From Ginglymostoma cirratum (Eukaryota), in contig JAHRHZ010000133.1 of assembly GCA_024137785.1 (NCBI GenBank), forward strand, positions 12,756,620 through 12,820,619: a stretch of DNA of 64,000 bases, in the 5' to 3' direction. The translations under genes and the position numbers were made by a program. Below the pieces are notes generated by a model. The model had not been told where the DNA came from and ran no database searches. It was given only the letters and a program-made list of their open reading frames with translations. This document shows, piece by piece, positions 25,901 to 36,984 of the stretch (position 1 is the stretch's first letter; each line of letters begins with the position of its first letter).

Positions 25901-26181
25901 TGGGAGATGTTTTCATAATGAGGCATTGACCCAAGTGTTGAAGCCAGGGGGATATGATGGAGCGGAAGGACTTCCAATTTTAAAACAAGTGTCTCTGGGT
26001 GCAATTAATTCATTTCTTTAAAAAAGCTGCCTCAGAGCTTAAGGAGAGGCCAAGGAAATGGAATTACTGTTTGACAAATTTGCACTTGCAGGCCACAAAG
26101 GTCAACTCCATAGACACTCCTTTTTGTCACTCTGGATCTATATTGACTTGAGAATGGTAACTGCATATATCTCTGAGCCAT

Positions 26182-26600
26182 AGATAAGAGATAAAAGGTA
26201 CTGCAGATGCTGGAGAATCCGAGATAACAAGGGTGGGGCTGGATGAACACAGCAGGCCAAGCAGCATCATAGGAGCAGGAAAGCTTGACGTTTCGGGCCT
26301 AGACCCTTCATCAGAAATGAGTAATCAACGAGAAATTCTCGAGTACTTTCTTTTCAGTTTCCTTTTAAAGGGTTCCCAATTCTCTGGCTTCCACTCATCT
26401 TCACCGCATTGTATAGTTTATCTTTTCCTTCTGCACTATCCCTGACTTCATTTATAGAAGATTTATAGCATAGAAGATGGATAGAGGAGAAGCTTCATTG
26501 TGTCAGATTTCTGATGAAGGGTCTAGGCCCAAAACGTCAAGCTTTCCTGCTCCTATGATGCTGCTTGGCCTGCTGTGTTCATCCAGCCCCACGCCTTGTT
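26182..26600. mobile_element. Inverted Penelope pLTRs flanking ~185 bp of unrelated filler
   Basis: Arms 26188-26319 (minus) and 26507-26605 (plus); TSD atctctgagccat at 26169-26181 and 26601-26613. Confidence 0.85.
26287..26314 (-). ncRNA. Minimal hammerhead ribozyme core (Penelope type)
   Basis: CUGAUGA-a-GGGUC(UA)GGCCC-GAAAC-GUC: intact core, stem II and palindromic ACGU stem III. Confidence 0.65.
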
Positions 26601-28314
26601 ATCTCTGAGCCATGGCTGGGTGCTGTTTTGATGAGAGCGTTTGTGTATGTGAAATGTCTGTTGGAAGTGGGGAGATTGTGACATGCTGAAAATCAGCCAG
26701 GTAAGGTCAAGTTCTCATTCTCTGATTCATACTCACTTTCAGAATTTCCATGACACAGGCAAAGCTTTAGAAATCCATGGATTGAAGCCCAATATGGGAA
26801 CGTATTTCATTCCTCAAAACTGAAGTGCAGAGTATTTCACTGGAAAAAAGGTGGGGAAATTCTGTGCAAAAGCATACTTTCCCAAGAAAATATAACCAGA
26901 CAACAATAATGGGTATTTACATATCGTGAAACAAGTCTTTGTCCTCTAATTGACTTGTCTATTCCCAATGACACATAATTCCGCACCTAAGAAGCTTATC
27001 TTCTTCTTAATTGGAGCCAAGAGTTGTATCCCACAGAAGCATACATAGCATTTTTAACAGTGCTTAATAATCAGGTACGGAGCTGAATTCAAAGAGCCCC
27101 AACAGTTTCTCTGAAGTCATCGAGCTTCCCATCTGCAGAGAAAAATGCGAAGGAAGTTACCCTTATTCAAGAAGAAGCTGGAGGCCAGTGCATTTGACAA
27201 CACAATGGCATGTTTACATGTTATGCAAGCAAATAGCTTCAATAGGCAGGAAGAACAGAATAGTAAGCACTGATTGTTTTGCCAGAGGACGTGACTTGCA
27301 TGTGGAGTAAGGGTTCCTGTCTGTGTGAGGCTAAGCCAGTTATAGATATGGTCATGCTAGCAGACCAAATGGAAAAAATTGAGAGCGACTGGGTAGAATC
27401 GCAGTGCTCAGTAATAATGATGCATCATCTACTTCATTGAACATTAGAATTGACAAGAAAGTGATGCAAATATGGAACCTGACATGGCTTCCCACAGCTT
27501 CATCCTTTTTCAGGATATATTTAAACTGCTATTTTTGTACATCTGTGCTATTGAATCAACTGAGGCAATTTTTTAAAAAAGGACTGTATTATGAAACTAT
27601 AACTTCAAAGATGGAGTAAAGTCCACAGGCCTTCAGCACAGAATTAGAGTTATAATTTTGATCCCACCTCCGCTCACCCCCACACCCCACATCCCCCAAT
27701 CCTGCAATAAATTTACATATACTATGATGAAGAAGTGTGTGGAGAAAGGAAAGATTGTTGGAATATAATTTGTGAAGCCATTTGGAGAATAACACTGCAG
27801 AGGTCTGGAACTTGAGGACAGGAATGATAAAATATAGGGACCAAAATCTCTTTAAAAGTTGGCAAAAGTATGTTTTAGATTGTTTTCCCATCTCTTTCAG
27901 CTGTTGCAGTCTGGCAATTGCTTATCGTGCATTATTACACTCAATTGCACAAATAACATAATTGAATGAATTTTTGAAGACACTGAATTCCTCCATTAAA
28001 TGACAATGTCCTTTCAACTAAAATTGCAGTTAAGGCAACTGTTCAAATCATTTAGAACGTTACACACTACTTCTTCTGTTTCAATATATGGGGAGGAGAA
28101 GGGATTTCTTATCTGCATGAGGTTCTTAAGCCCCTAATTCAGCAATAAGTGTCAAGGTGACCATGTGTGGTTGGTGTGGAAAATCAAGGTAAAGTGCCAC
28201 ATTGGAGCAGCAAGAACTGCTCGCTGAGATTAAATGGCAAGAGCAATATTCAATCAGAATTGTTCAGAGTTTTGCTTAGCAGCTGTGTGTGTTTAACCTG
28301 ACCTGCAAACTTTC

Positions 28315-28492
28315 AGGTTCCAACACTGAGGGCTTGGAAGTCCCTCCCTAAGGGCATTGTGGATCTACCTACAGCAAGTGGACTGCAGCAATTCAGGAAG
28401 GCAGCTCACCACCACTTCCTCAAGGGTAACTGGGGATTAGTATTAAATGCTGGCCAGCCAGCAACTCCCATGTCCCACAAGTGAATAAACAA
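28315..28492 (+). mobile_element. 3' end of the CR1-group LINE
   Basis: ggactgcagcaattcaggaaggcagctcaccaccac...aaatgctggccagccagc...gtgaataaa. Confidence 0.8.
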
Positions 28493-28544
28493 AAAACTGG
28501 AAAGTGTTAATTTCTCTGATTCTGGCATCAACAGACATCATTAT

Positions 28545-29320
28545 TTTTAAATTTCATTCATGGGATGTGGGGATGACTGCTGGGCCCACATTAATTGCCC
28601 GTCTCTAGTTGCCTTTGAAAAGGTAGTGGTGAGCTGTCTTCTTAAATGGCTGCAGTCCATTTTGCGTAGGTGCACCCACAATGCTGTTAGGTAGGGAGTT
28701 CCAGAGTTTTGACCCAGTGACACTGAAGACCCAATGATATATTTCCAAGTCAGATGGTAAGGGGCTTGGAGGGCAACTTGCAGATGGTGATGTTCCATGC
28801 GTCTGCTCACCTTGCCCTTGAAGTGGTCATTGGTTTAGAAGGCGCTGATGAAGGAGCCTTGGTGAATTTGCGCAATACATTTTGTAGATGGGACACACTG
28901 CTGTTACTGAGCAATGGTGATGGAAAGAGTGAATGTTTGTGAATATAATGATTTGTGAATATGGGTGACAAACAAGCGGGTTGCTTTGTCTTGAATGGTA
29001 TCGAGTTTCTTGAGTGTGATCGGAGCTGCACTCATCCAGACAAGTGTGGAGTATTCTATAACACTCCAGATTTGTGCCTTGTAGATTAGTGGACAGGCTT
29101 TAGTGAGTGAAGATGATGGGTTATAGGCTTCCTAGCCTCTGACTAGCCATATTTTTTTGTGTAACTAGTCCAGTTTGGTATCTGGTCAATGATAATCCTA
29201 GGCTGTTGATAGTGGAGGATTCAGTGATGGAGAGGCCATTGAATGTCAAGGGATGGTGGTAGATTCTTTTTGTTGGATATGGTCATTGTCTAGTTCATAT
29301 GAGGCACAAATGTTACTTGA
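28545..29320 (-). mobile_element. 3' portion of the same LINE family, tail-to-tail with 28315-28492
   Basis: Colinear with 18380-19160. Confidence 0.85.
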
Positions 29321-29763
29321 AAAAAAATGCTAGAGTAATATAACTAGTTTGTGGCTTTTGGAAAAAAAATCAACTTCTTCTCATCTTCTACTTTGATGAG
29401 AGAATTATAGGTTATCTGATTGGAAATTGTTTCTTCACTACCTTTTGTTTTGTCATATTTATTTGAGCCTTTGGACTTCATAGCTAGAACATTTTATTCT
29501 GTTTTGGATGATTAATAGCCTGGTATCAGAAACAAACAATGTTTTCAGTCATAAATTAGAATAGGATGGGAGTAATTTCTGTGATGTAAATGGCTATTGC
29601 GAGCATGTAAATTAAACTATTGTTTCATTAGGAAGTGATGTAAAATCACATGACTAATAGGAGCTGGTTCTCTCTAGCTTTCTTGTGGCTATCTCATTGG
29701 TGTTTATCGTGTCCAAAAAAATCGACGTGACATGAAAAAATTGCTGAAATATTTACCAACCTC

Positions 29764-29898
29764 TCCTGAAGAACTACACCTGAAAAAGGATTAAGAAAGC
29801 TTGTGATTTCAAATAAACCTGTTGGACTATAACCTGGTGTCGTGTGATTTCTGACCTTGTTTACCCCAGTGCAACACTAGTGCCTCCAAATCATGGCT
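29764..29898 (+). mobile_element. pLTR of a second Penelope family (decayed hammerhead region)
   Basis: cacctgaaaaagga..gaaagcttgtgatttcaaataaacctgttggactataacctggtgtcgtg. Confidence 0.6.
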
Positions 29899-30181
29899 TC
29901 ACAAAGGTCAGCATGCAACAGAGCTACCTCCAGACAACACAAGCAGAGTAAAGCTAATTATGTTACAGTTTTGTTGCTCATTAAGGTGTGTTTCAGTCTC
30001 CCAGAATGTTGTATGGGCAAAGATTAGCACTAACGCCTAACAGAAGTTCATTTCATCAGTCTTGGCAGCCATTGAGGTGATGTTCAACTTGCTCAACAAT
30101 GTCATTGTCCATGGAAGAGACAAAGCAGAACATGATCTCTGGTTATCGCCCATGCTCATTCAATTCGCACAATGTAGCTTC

Positions 30182-30538
30182 CTTTATTCATTCACAGGAT
30201 GAGGGCGTCACTGGCCAGGCAGCATTTATTGCCCATCCCTAAATGCTCAGAGGGCAGTTAAGAGTCAACCACATTGCTGTGGGTCTGGAGTCACATGTAG
30301 GCCAGACCAGGTAAGGACAGCAGATTTCCTTCCCTAAAGGATATTAGTGAACCAGATGGGTTTTTCCTGACAATTGGCCATAGATTCATGGTCATCATTA
30401 GACTCTTAAGTCCAGATATTTATTGAATTCAAATTCTACTGTCTGCCGTGGTATGATTCGAACCTGGGTCCCCAGAACATTGCCTAGGTCTCTGGGTTAA
30501 CAATCCAGCGATGATACCACTAGGCCATCGCCTCCTCC
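30182..30538 (-). mobile_element. Full-length tRNA-headed SINE
   Basis: A box TGGCCTAGTGG and B box GGTTCGAATC on the minus strand; central domain; tail ending tgaatgaataaa. Confidence 0.9.
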
Positions 30539-30823
30539 GAGTTTGATGCTCAATAGGGACAAATACACATTTGCAGTATTTGAGATTGACTTCCAAGAGT
30601 ACATCATGACTGTAGCTGGAGTAAAACCAAACATAACAACATCAAAGTCATTCTTATACTTCCAAATTGGCAATATCACTAAAGAATTGGTATCTTCTTG
30701 TTTGACCAACTTTTATCACAAAGTTCTCTCCAAGTTTGCAGAGATCATGTAATTGCTTTGAAAGTTGCTGAGAAAAGTTGCCCCATGGGAATGGACAATC
30801 ACACAGTAAACATCATTTGACAA

Positions 30824-31012
30824 AGAAATAACTGCAAAGAGGCCAGTATCCCATCATCAAGACACCCTTCATTTACATGTGCACAGGACATGGCCTCTGA
30901 CCAGCCAACTCAGAGCAGTCCCTAGAACGAGGAGACTCTCTTACATCTATCAACAAGGATTCCCTGATTGGGCCAATCAGGGATCTCACAGTCAATGGTC
31001 CCAATCACTACA
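30824..31012 (-). repeat. Solo LTR related to the 2432 family
   Basis: agaaataact..aatcactaca; TSD gacaa/gacag; inverted repeat tccctgattgg-g-ccaatcaggga. Confidence 0.8.
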
Positions 31013-33689
31013 GACAGGTAAAACTGAACTTGACATCTCCGTCAGTCCTTGTGCATTTCAACCCAGACGAAGAAAGGTCTGTCACGAGAGGGCATCAGGA
31101 AATGTCTTTGGAGCTGTGCTTGCACCATACATTGAAGACAGCAAATGTACACATATTTACATGTCACATTGATTGTTGGAACTGGAATGTAAACACTACA
31201 CTGGAGAACAGGAAATACTAGCCTGCATCTTCATTTGTGAACATTGTCATGTTGCAGGAACTTCACTCTTCACATCGATCACCAAATGCTACAAGTGAAT
31301 ATGTGCAAGGGAGACATGATATGACATTAGAAATTGGGTTTGTATCAAATGGCCATCAAACAATTGCCCAATACCATTGTCTATCTGTTAGATACAACAC
31401 AACAAAGTAGAAAGATGCCTGATAAAGAATATGTGAATATATTTTGAGGAGAGTGATTGAGAGGATACATTTCCTTTTCTGATGAACAACAGCAAAGCTG
31501 ATCATATGCCTCATAAATTTGATCACCAAGAACTGTAACCTCAAGTTCATAGATCTGAGCATTGTCATCTGTAAGCTTCAAATTTCAAAGATTTTAGCCT
31601 GCTGTGTGCTAAATGTTCCCCATATAAAAGAATTGGATATGTGACCCTAGCTGCTCTGTAATTCTAAGTGCTTGCTTAGATGGAAGCACACTCCTCAGTA
31701 ATTGTTCCAGGATGCAATGTACTAAAACTGAATATTGAAATTCTTCTCTGTGCTGTTTAATGCAATACAGAAACTCCTACTCCTTCATGTTCAAATAAAG
31801 GACCATTCCTCAATCTGTAAATGTAGGATATGATAACACAACGGCCCTCTTTATCCTGAAGTGACCATTGCCTGACTGAATAACACCGTGTAATATTCGT
31901 TCATGTACAACCGAGACTAAGTGAAGATTCTATTTTAATATTAAGAAGAAAGAGTGAACACAAAACAGCTGGATTTTCCCTAGCACTTAGCCTCTGTTGA
32001 ATGGTCACAAGTACCCTCTTTTATATAGTCTAGTGTTTATCTTAGACACAAGTTGAGGTCTAGTAGGGTGAGAGGTATTTTGTCCTCACATTCTACAGAA
32101 AAATGTTTGGACTCTAATACTCCTCTCCTCATGCCAGTTGGCTCTTGGGAACACCCAAATGAAGGATGCACCTCAGGAACTTTTTCTTGGTCAACCTCGC
32201 ATTAACTTTCACAATTAAATATCATGGTTCTCTGAGAGAGTGCCCTGGCTTGTTCTGCTATCCTGAAGGAAGATAGGGTCAGCTAGGAAGATACCAAAGA
32301 TGCAAGCAGTGCTTCGACGAAGGTGGCTGGTTTAGGTTTGCTTCTAGCATGGGGTTTTGCTATATATTCTACCTCTGAAGCTGCCTGCAGCAGTGACTGT
32401 AAACTGCTGAATAAAGATCATTGCAGAGCTTTCTTGCAAGTACTTCTGACTACAAAGCACAGATAGAGTAACAAATCCAGATTTTTCTTTGTTGTATGGC
32501 AAAACTACTAAACTATGCCACTCATTCCAATTTGCTATGGAAAGGAAACGTCCTTGATGTTGCCACAAATGGGAACTACAGGCTCAAGAGTCAAAGTTGC
32601 CAGTTGTTGCACCATCTGAAGGACTGACCTCAGCATCCATACATACATGTAATATTCTTCAAACATTTTTCTTTGACCTATCAGATTCTCAAATTCACGA
32701 TTCCAAAGTCATTGCAGCCTTCTCCTCAGACTCCACTGAGAAGGTGAAACATCCTCAGGCACTCCCCACTCCTCCACTCTCTTACCGGATGCATCAGTCC
32801 GTATTACTATCTCATCTACAATGGATATGAATACCTGCAATGGTCTGTAAGAATGAAGATACATGTGATATACAGTAAAGATGAAAGTTTCTGGGCAGAT
32901 GGTTATGGAAGATTTTTCTACAGGAGTCAAAGATGGGCTTGGCTCTAGCTCGTCTCCTTCACCTCTAGCCATTCACAATCAGCTTACACCACCAGCCTAC
33001 ATACAATGGCTAGCCTCTGAAAATTTTAGTTCAAACGATTCTATCAGTGGGGAAACTAATTCCCTGTTGGAGTAAATGCCTAACAAACCCTGTTGTAGAA
33101 ACGGGAGTCTATGAAAATGACTTGCCCAGTATTTGACTGTTGAATATAACTGTATTTATATTTTGCTATTTAGGTTATGTCTGCAGCGATTTCACCCGAC
33201 GAGTTAACCTGGGTTCATGTACATAATAAGGTGCTGGATAAATAACTTCTTAACAAAGAATTTTGTGTATTAGTATTGTAAAATTCAATAGACTTGTCTG
33301 CCTCCCACAGTGGCCCAGGGAAGCACAGGCTGAAGTAATTTGCAGCTGGGTGAGTTTTTGATAAGGAACTTACAAAATTGCGCTAGCTGTCTTGGTATTA
33401 TTATTCTTAACAATCCCTTACCTGATAAAGAATAATCAAAATTGAAATTTTCATTTGAAGTGAGTAAAATTCATTACTTCATCTGACACAAAAACACACA
33501 CAGTGGAATGAAAGTTTGGCTTGTTCACATACTGAATGACAGATTCACAAAGTCAGTTTTAAACCCAGACAGATAAGTTAAAAATCTATGCCACTAAGGC
33601 TCTTCACAACCAAATGGATAGAATTCAGTCTTTATGACCCATTACTATATTTTTAGCTCATGTTATCATTTTGCTGTCTTTTTCAATCA

Positions 33690-34083
33690 CAGATGATACA
33701 ATTGCAGATGAAATGGAAATTAGTGGGGTGATAAGTAGTGAGGAAAATAGCCTTAGATCACAGGGAAATATAGACGGGCTGGTCAGATGGGCTAATCAGT
33801 GGCAAATAGGATTCAATCTGGATAAGTGTGAGGGTACTTGGGCAAGATGGTCAAGACAAGGGAATGCATGATGAATGGTAGGATCCTGGGAAGCACCAAG
33901 GATCAGAAGGACCTCAGTGTACACATGCAACAGTCCCATAAGCTATTTGGACAGGTGGATAAAATGGTTAAGAAGGCATTTGGTATACTTGCCTTTATCA
34001 GCTGAGGCATAGTGCTTAAGAACAGCGGCGTTATGCTAGAATTGTATTAAACATTAGTCAGGCCACATCTAGAGTGTTGTCCA
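33690..34083 (+). mobile_element. CR1 LINE, left part, interrupted by the LTR unit
   Basis: IADEMEISGVISSEE..GLVRWANQWQIGFNLDKCE; ends gtcaggccacatctagagtg. Confidence 0.85.
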
Positions 34084-36640
34084 TGAAATAACTTCACAGA
34101 GGCTGGTATCCCATCACCAAGTCACCCTTTATTTACACATGCGGAGTCCTTAACACTGATTCAGTTCCTTCAGAGCCAGTTCTCAGAGTGAACAGGATAT
34201 CTGACACTCCTGTTCTTGTCTGTCAGCCAGGGATACCTGATTGGACTGGATTAGCAGCCCAAATCAGGGAACTCATATTCTATAAGGCCTAACTGGCTGA
34301 CCTTGTTACAATCAGTACATCCTTCCCCCTCTGAGTTCAAAGACATAGGTACCCCAGACAATAGGCAAGTAGCCAACATCCAGAAACCTCTTAGAAGGCC
34401 TCCAACACTGAGCTAGAGTCAGAGGCTTCAGAGGGTTCTGAACCATTACCTGGATAGTTACCCAGAAAATGTTAGAGCATCAATACAGGCTCCAGCTCGT
34501 GAGTAAAAATAGAACTGAAACCCCCTAACACATTCCACCTCCTCTCTGAATCTCTGGCCACTCCTGTCCTTCCAACTATCTCCTTGCATAATACCTGCAA
34601 CCTGAACAATCATCTCACCCACACACTGTCATCCTGCACCTTCATTCAACCACCCGCAACACTACTCTTTATCCAATTACCTTACATGCCTAGCTTGCTC
34701 ATGTAGCCCTTCAAAGGAGCTTTCAGGCATTTAACTACTTTTACTTACTGGAGTATGAAAGCCAGAGTCATGATAAAAGGAAGTGTTCTCCACAAAAACT
34801 ATCTCTGCTGCTCCCTGGGAGGATTGGTGCACTGCAATTATGAGGAAGGATCCTGCATTGGAAGATGGGCTTGAACAAAAAAATGTCATACAAGGGAATT
34901 AGTTAAACTTTCTGCCTGCTCTGGGTCAGAAATAGTGAATCTGACCAAGTTCAGAAGATTTTTATAATTTTGATTGTTTTCTCTGACATGAGCATTGAAG
35001 TGTAATGTCTGTTGACTACACTGCAGGCTCTATAATCCATCATTTCTTCTCCATTTTCTCCAGATATTGGCATTGACACGGTTACTATTAGTGTCTATTC
35101 CCCTTCTAAATTACTGTGTAATTTCACTCACATTACTTATATCTTAATTATTTAATTACTTATGTCCATACTTCTGTGACCAACGTATCATACCTTAATG
35201 TTAAATTTAATTTGCAATATGTCTCGCTAGTTTCAATTTTTTCTCAATCCTTCATGCTACCTCTGTTTTATTTATTTTCTTATTGTGTGAGAATTTAGTT
35301 ACAGTTGGTTACAATATGCAGACCATTTATATGCTGACAATGGGGTCTGAACCTTTTAAAACAAATTTGCAATGGATTACATAATAATGTCACGGATGTA
35401 ACAAAAAGCTATGACATCAGTTGAAGGGGGGAGAGGAGAGTTAATGGGTTAGTGGTAATGACACAGACCTAGTCATCTATAGAATATGGAGAAATTAGAA
35501 TTCATTATCAATCTGGAATTATTAGCTAGCCTAATGACAGCCATGTAACCATTGGTGATGTTCTAAAAATCCATCTGGTTTACTAATGTCCTTTAGGGAA
35601 GGAAATCTGCTATCCTGACCTAGTCTGGCCTACGTGTGACTCCAGATCCACAGCAAAGCAACTCATTCTTAACTGTCCTCTGAAATGGCCATAGGAGGCC
35701 ATTCAGAATAATTGGGCATGATGGATGAGCAATAAGTGTTGACCTAGTCAGAGATGCCTATATCCGATGAACAAGTAAAAAAAATGCATTGTAACTCGGA
35801 AGTAATCCAATATATTGTAGGAAACTCTGTGGTGAATAGTTACAGCTTATGAAACTATTGTGATCACAGTGAGGGGAGATGTGATTGTTCAGTGTGTAGC
35901 TACTTAGTGAAAAGACAGTGGAACTTAAGGAGGAACAAATTACCTGAGCGATCATAAGTAAGTTGTTTTTTTCAAAAGTTGCACAGAACAAAGGATATTT
36001 TCTGTATCTCTTGCATGATGCCAAAGGGAGAGACAAGGAAAGTTTGAGGAGCTGGGTGTGGTGTTGAGCTGGCAGGGTTTGCAAGGATAGGGAAGACAAG
36101 GCCATGAAGGCACTTGAACACAGTATTAAAGATGCAAAGATCTGAAATCCATCAGGTGATTGTTGGTTCGGGGCAAAACTCACTTGTAAAATAGCCAGTG
36201 GGGCATGAATTTGGGTAGGATCTTAAAACTGAGGTCATTTTCGTGGTCTGCATATGGTAGAATTATGGCCATAGGAACTTGGCAGCAGGCCATTTAGCCC
36301 CTCAAACCTGCTCTGCCTTTCTAGACGATGATTAAACATCGACCTCAATGCCACATTTCTGCATTATTTCCATATCCTTCTGAGTCATTAATCAATAGAA
36401 AGCTATTGATCAATATGGAATAACTCAATTCAGGCCAGTATCCCATCACCAAGTCACCCCTTATTTACGTGTAGAGAGTCATTGACACTGATCCAGCTCT
36501 TGCAGCGCCAGCTCTCAGAGTGAACAGAACCTTTTCTTATCTGTCAGCCAAAGCTCCCTGATTGGACCAGGTTAACAGCCCCAATCAGGGAACTCGTATT
36601 CTATGAGGTCCACCCAGGTGACCATCTTATAATCACTCCA
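34084..36640 (-). mobile_element. LTR-bounded unit with gag-pol replaced by duplicated host DNA
   Basis: Same-orientation LTRs at 34084-34319 (followed by PPT complement tccttccccct) and 36416-36640; the interrupted CR1 resumes at 36641; no clean TSD. Confidence 0.85.
34358..36415 (-). repeat. Right arm of the inverted duplication (copy of 12828-15054)
   Basis: Reverse-complement alignment; includes copies of the CR1 tail, an L2-like fragment and the SINE (35425-35775). Confidence 0.95.
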
Positions 36641-36880
36641 GCGTGCAATTTTGAAATCCGCATTATAAGGAAGGATGTGATTGCACCGGAGAGGGTGCAG
36701 AGCAGATTGAGCAGGATATTGCCTGGGTTGGAGAGTTTCTCTTATGAAGGGAAGTTTGGAGAGAGTGGGGTTGTTTACCTTAGACCAGAGAAGATTAAGA
36801 GGGGATATGACTGAGATGGTTAATAATTATGAGGGGCAGAGACAGAAAAAAAAAATTTTCCCTTAATGGAGGGGTCAAAT
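36641..36880 (+). mobile_element. CR1 LINE, right part
   Basis: gcattataaggaaggatgtgattgcaccggagagggtgcagag continues the RT from 34083. Confidence 0.85.
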
Positions 36881-36883
36881 CCC

Positions 36884-36984
36884 TTTTTCTGGAGAAGGGT
36901 CTAGACCCAAAACGTCAGCTTTCCTGCTCCTCTGATGCTGCTTGGCCTGCTTTGTTCAACCAGCTCTACACCTTGTTATCTCAA
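36884..36984 (+). mobile_element. Penelope pLTR fragment
   Basis: ttctggagaagggtctagacccaaaacgtcagctttcctgctcctctgatgctgcttgg. Confidence 0.85.

Larger units (their letters stand above)
29940..31400 (+). pseudogene. Old Gypsy pol (RT-RNase H) relic, interrupted by a SINE and a solo LTR
   Basis: ..LLNNVIVHGRDKAEHD..; LMLNRDKYTFAVFEIDF; LTNFYHK..FAEI; LTSPSVLVHFNP..ASGNVFGAVL. Confidence 0.75.

Noticed and set aside
25512-26021. 169-aa plus-strand ORF
   Set aside because: Antisense reading of the Penelope 3' region.
27200-27235. HNGMFTCYAS resembling an Ig-domain motif
   Set aside because: Flanked by in-frame stops, with no other Ig-fold residues.
33174-33230. Possible exon after the acceptor ttttgctatttAG
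   Set aside because: Weak donor and an unrecognised peptide; not enough support.
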